This document shows, one piece after another, positions 60,060-64,000 of a DNA stretch of 64,000 nt. The notes under the pieces were generated by a model that saw only the letters and a list, made by a program, of their open reading frames with translations, did not search any database and was not told where the DNA came from. Position numbers and translations under genes: made by a program. The DNA comes from Vitrella brassicaformis CCMP3155 (taxonomy: Eukaryota; Protista; Chromerida): the NCBI GenBank assembly GCA_001179505.1, contig CDMY01000356.1:62001-126000 (forward strand), in the 5' to 3' direction. The first letter of the stretch is position 1. Each line of letters opens with the position of its first letter.

Positions 60060-61935
60060 TCACCACACCTCATCATCACTCGTCGAATTCAACAGCGCGC
60101 AGCGCTCCATGTGTTTTCCTTTAAGGTGTCCAAACTTGCGAGCATACTTGGACACCTTGAAGGCCGATCTGTCATCGCAATTGTCGGCGTCAAACTTGAC
60201 CGTCTGGTCAAGTTTGTGGAAGGCCGAGGCCTCGGTAGGGTCCAAGTCTGTGGGGCAGGGGTAGGCGCCATCGGCCGTCTGGCAGAGGCGATAGATGGCT
60301 GAATTCTGAATAGCCTTGTTGACACGGTCCCGGGCTGCTTCCGTGATGGCACCTCTCTTCAGTAGAACGTGAGCCAGCTGCTTTATGCTGGCACATGTGT
60401 GGTGGCGGGGAGACACACACACACACACCGAGAGACACAGAGGGGGTGCGTTACGTCGGCGCTGTTGGTATCATTCTCACTCACCTGGTGTAGAAGATGA
60501 ACTTGTCTCTTTGGCTGTCAGGAAGTGTGGCGAGATCTGGCTGATGGCTTTCCTTGTTGGACTCGAGGTTGTGGATGAGCACGTATGCAGGGTCCTCCAC
60601 GTCGGGGTTGTGCATCAGGTTGAGTCCGGTCAGAAAGTCACCCTGGCCACTGTCTCCTATCCAAATGTAGCCTGTGGCCACACAACAGACAGAGAAAGGT
60701 CATCGGTGTCTGTCTGCCCCGCCCCCTATATATCTGTGTGTGTGACAAGGCAGGCAGTTAGGCGCCACTCGCGCCACCCACCGACCTTTTGCGCCATCAC
60801 CGGCTTGAGTGTAATGGCCTCCTGGCTTGGTCAAGCTTTTGATGATGTTCTGTGCCTTCCTCTCCGCCGTCGCGGCCCAATCTGTGCTAAAGAAGTCCAC
60901 AAACCTGCCAAACCCGGACCGATCCTCGTCAACGCCCCAAGTGCGGCCGTTGAGCAACCCTTTGATGCATACATACATGACCACAGCCAGCATCCACCCA
61001 CACCACGCCACGTACAGAACAGACACACCCGTACAGACAGACAGACAGATGAACAAAACCGAAAAACGTCGCTGGCGTGTCATCCATTCCTTCCTTCCTT
61101 TCTTGACCATCCATTCCGTGTGCGGCCATCATAAAGCGACACAGACAGACATACAGACGGCCAGACGGCCCCCCATTCTCACCGGTTGCGTTGGACAGCT
61201 TGTTCCAGGATTTCTTCTCTAAGCTCTGCACAGTCACAGACAGAAAGACAGACAGACAGACAGACAAGGATTCCGATGCATGCACGTTTTGATGGCCCTG
61301 ATGCTACTGCACCCACCTTGGGGTCCCCAACGGTGATCTTTGGCCGTGCCGATACCAGACGGAAGAAGGGAGGGTGCGCGACGAAGTCGGGGCCGGCAGA
61401 AAGCTCGAGGTACAGCTGCATGAGGCCAGGGTACACCTGCACGCACACACGCACAGGCAGGCAATGGATGGGTGCAGAGGGGCCATGGTGTCTTCCCATG
61501 CACTTCATCGGTGTAGCACAAATCGTCTGACACACAAAGAGAGGGAGAGAAGAGAATTCGATGCAAAGCCACGTGGGTAACTGCCTTGTCTGTCTGCAAT
61601 GGGGAATCACCCACACCACACCTGTGCCTTTGGGCCAGGAACCTCCGCTGCCTGCACACACACCGCACAGTCCTCATGGCATTCATTGCATGTACTGTAT
61701 GCATTGGTCAAGCCAGCTGATGTATGGACTTGTCCATCCTTCCGCACGCATACGTACAGATGATGGTGTCGTCAATGTCGCTGAACAGGAGATACCCTTT
61801 TCCCATCTCATTTTGTTTGGAGAAGAGGAAGCCATCATTCTTCTTTTCTGAGACGGCCAAACGCGCATCACCCACGCAAGGGACCGTTGCCAATCCGACG
61901 AGGGTGGCGATGCCACCAAGAAATGGAATCAGCAT
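60060..61935 (-). CDS. APP1/DUF2183-like HAD-superfamily (phosphatidate) phosphatase with signal peptide
   Basis: Motif I LLFSDIDDTI, then SGGSWPKG, VYPGLMQLYLEL, LVSARP and motif IV WIGDSGQGD. Hydrophobic N-terminus MLIPFLGGIATLVGLATVPCVG. Confidence 0.75.
60960..61182 (-). other. 223-nt phase-1 GT-AG intron of the APP1-like gene, with a near-identical intergenic copy at 19121-19353
   Basis: NAT-G|gtgagaat...atcaaag|GG-LLNG; removing it restores the reading frame. Confidence 0.8.
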
Positions 61936-62026
61936 TTGCCTCGAAATCTAGCCGGACGGGACGTATGCCAGTGGAGACGCCGCAAGCCCCCACTGGCACC
62001 CCATCGCTATGGTTTCACGGAATGGT

Positions 62027-64000
62027 GTATGGCCTCCTCTCCCGAGATGCAGACAACACCGTTCAGCAACCTCGTCAACCACAATGTCGTTCAGCCGCAG
62101 AACCCGCCTCCGCCGCCGCAGCTAAAGGTGCTGCTCAACAGGATCGACGCCAAGACTTTCGAGAGCGGCCACTACTATGATTTGGACGGCAGCAGCAGAC
62201 ACAGAGCTTATCGAGCCGCCCGTATCGAGGCAGAAGGCAAGTGGGCGTGGCTGTGTGTGCCTGAGATGCGGCATCGTGCAGGCGTGTCGGTGGCGGTGTG
62301 GGACACCAGTGGCGTGCACCTGCTGCACTGGTGGGAGGAGATCGGGGTCGGCGCGAGCGGCGGAAGGTCGACGGACGCCAGCTGTGTGTACCCCATTGTG
62401 GTGGACAAGGGAGGTGGGAGGCCGCACAGAACGATGGTGGCCCTCATGGCGAGACCAGGTGGGAGAAGCACGAGAAGAATGCCAACTAAGTGTTTGTATG
62501 TATCTGTTGTCGATATGCATGTCTGCCTGTCTGTGTGTTTGATGGGCGCGGTGCAGGTGAGAAGTTGACGGCCTTCTTGACCGAGATCCCCGACAGCCAT
62601 CCTGTCTGCGGCACCATCGTCCCCTCGCACGCATCTGCAGTCATCAGCCTGGCGAAAGATGGTGAGCAAGCCAAGCCACCCAAGCCAGCCAGTCAGTGGG
62701 TGAAGGGATGCATGTGTGTGTTTCCGTTCAGAGCATGACGTACCTGCCTTCGTGGCTGGAGTGGGCAGCGAGTCCGAGCAGGGGACGGCCACGTTTGTGG
62801 TGGCCATGTTGTCGGGCAGGATGGCCACCGTCCGAGTGACCATCGACCCTGACGCGGCCCCTCTGGTGGCCTCACTCCACTTCAGCCACGAGTGGTCGAC
62901 GGGCGACAAGATACACGACATATCGGCATCATCGCCGGGGGGCATATACGTGAGCCAACCGCGCCGCCCGCACCACACACTTTGATGCATCCTGTGCGTG
63001 TGTGTGTGCAGGGTTTGGCGTACAGTGCTGCGAGCGCGGCAGCCTCGACGCCCGTCAGGGTGGTCAATTGGGGTCTAAGCAGGCTGTTCAAGACCCCCGG
63101 TCCCATGAGAGATGACGAGCAGAATCAGACGGTCTCACAAGTCGCTGTTACCGCCAGGTCTGAACGAACAAAACGCAACAACGGGCAGTACAGATGCACA
63201 TGTGTTTATGTCTTTGTGTGTTTGTGTGTTTGTGTGTGTCCTGACAGGCATGGGCATGAGGACTTCACCTGCGCTGTTTTGACGTCTAGTAGCATCCAGC
63301 TGTGGCACCACCACTCCCTCACAGGGGCCAAGAAGGTGAGTGAGTGAGTGAGTGAAGTGAGGGACCATGAAGTCAGTGCCCTGACGGATGCACACCATCT
63401 CCCGCCCGCTCATCTCGTTCATCGTCTGCTGTGCCTTTGGTGCGTTCCTGCGTGGATGGATGGATTCAGTTGCTGTGGCGGAGCGAGTGGTGTGCGGGTC
63501 TCCAAGACGACCATCCCCTACTGCTGCCCATAGCAATGGCATTCACACACCCGTACGTTACGTACGTACGGCATCATTAATCACATCACAAAGCGCGCCG
63601 AGACCAAGTTGGTGGAGAGCATCGTATGTATGTATCGTTGTGTGTGTCGTGTCAGGGGTCCACCGTCGATAGTTGTTCTGGCTGTGAGGATCGGAGGCGA
63701 CTGGCAGCGCACTCTCTTGATCCGAACAGTGAGTGAGAGTGAAAGACGAGACAACGAACGCCCTGAACACAACGGTAAGCACCCCAAACCCGTCCTGTGT
63801 TTTGTGTGTTCAGGGTATCTTGTCCAGCACCGGTGTGCAGTGGAGAGAGCCAGTGACGATCGCCGACCTCACGCCACACCCTCTGCCCATCACAAACACC
63901 GACCCCCTCGCCATCATCACCGCGCCCCTCCAGCCGCCCCCGCCCCCCGAGCCTCCGATGAGCCTCCCGCCCCTCCTGGGCCTCTTCCACCTGGCCGCCA
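62027..64000 (+). CDS. Multi-exon beta-strand-rich protein, 3' truncated by the window; possibly Nup133-like N-terminal propeller
   Basis: Spliced short-strand segments GKWAWLCV, VSVAVWD, FVVAMLSGRMATVRV, CAVLTSSSIQLW and IQLLW. The Nup133 resemblance rests on a few motifs only. Confidence 0.45.

Noticed and set aside
1-64000. Frequent TGCATGCA/ATGCAT words resembling a known ApiAP2 site
   Set aside because: They are abundant throughout introns and convergent gaps as part of the simple-repeat background, with no promoter enrichment visible.
1-64000. CRISPR array, tRNA or rRNA genes
   Set aside because: No repeat-spacer periodicity, cloverleaf or rRNA-like sequence was noticed. A covariance-model scan was not possible, so small ncRNAs could be missed.

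Overview
Eukaryotic nuclear DNA with many short spliceosomal introns full of microsatellites ((CA)n, (GACA)n, (CCAT)n). It encodes a red-lineage light-harvesting protein, plastid-targeted proteins with bipartite leaders, apicomplexan-style CCCH fingers and 37-aa heptatricopeptide repeats. This points to a photosynthetic alveolate (chromerid, probably Vitrella-like; inference, not a database result). I reconstructed 18 protein genes by hand-splicing: degenerate kinesin, MORN/RSPH1-like, an orphan, mitochondrial-carrier family, RRM-like+RING, BET-like bromodomain+ET, peptidyl-tRNA hydrolase, 3xCCCH, LHC, 5-formyl-THF cyclo-ligase, a ~3,700-aa tandem LEA_2/DUF3712-like membrane protein, FAM177-like, two tandem RNase H1 (one frameshifted), DUF3007, HPR protein, APP1-like HAD phosphatase and a truncated beta-propeller gene. 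Sixteen of the 18 form eight head-to-head pairs, and six of the eight shared upstream regions contain the exact 8-mer TGCGAGCT. A 223-nt intron of the APP1-like gene has a second copy 42 kb away whose similarity stops at the splice boundaries, as expected of a mobile (introner-like) intron. There is a 299-N assembly gap at 45903-46201. I saw no rRNA, tRNA, CRISPR or autonomous transposon. Exon boundaries are manual, and family calls rest on motif recognition only.
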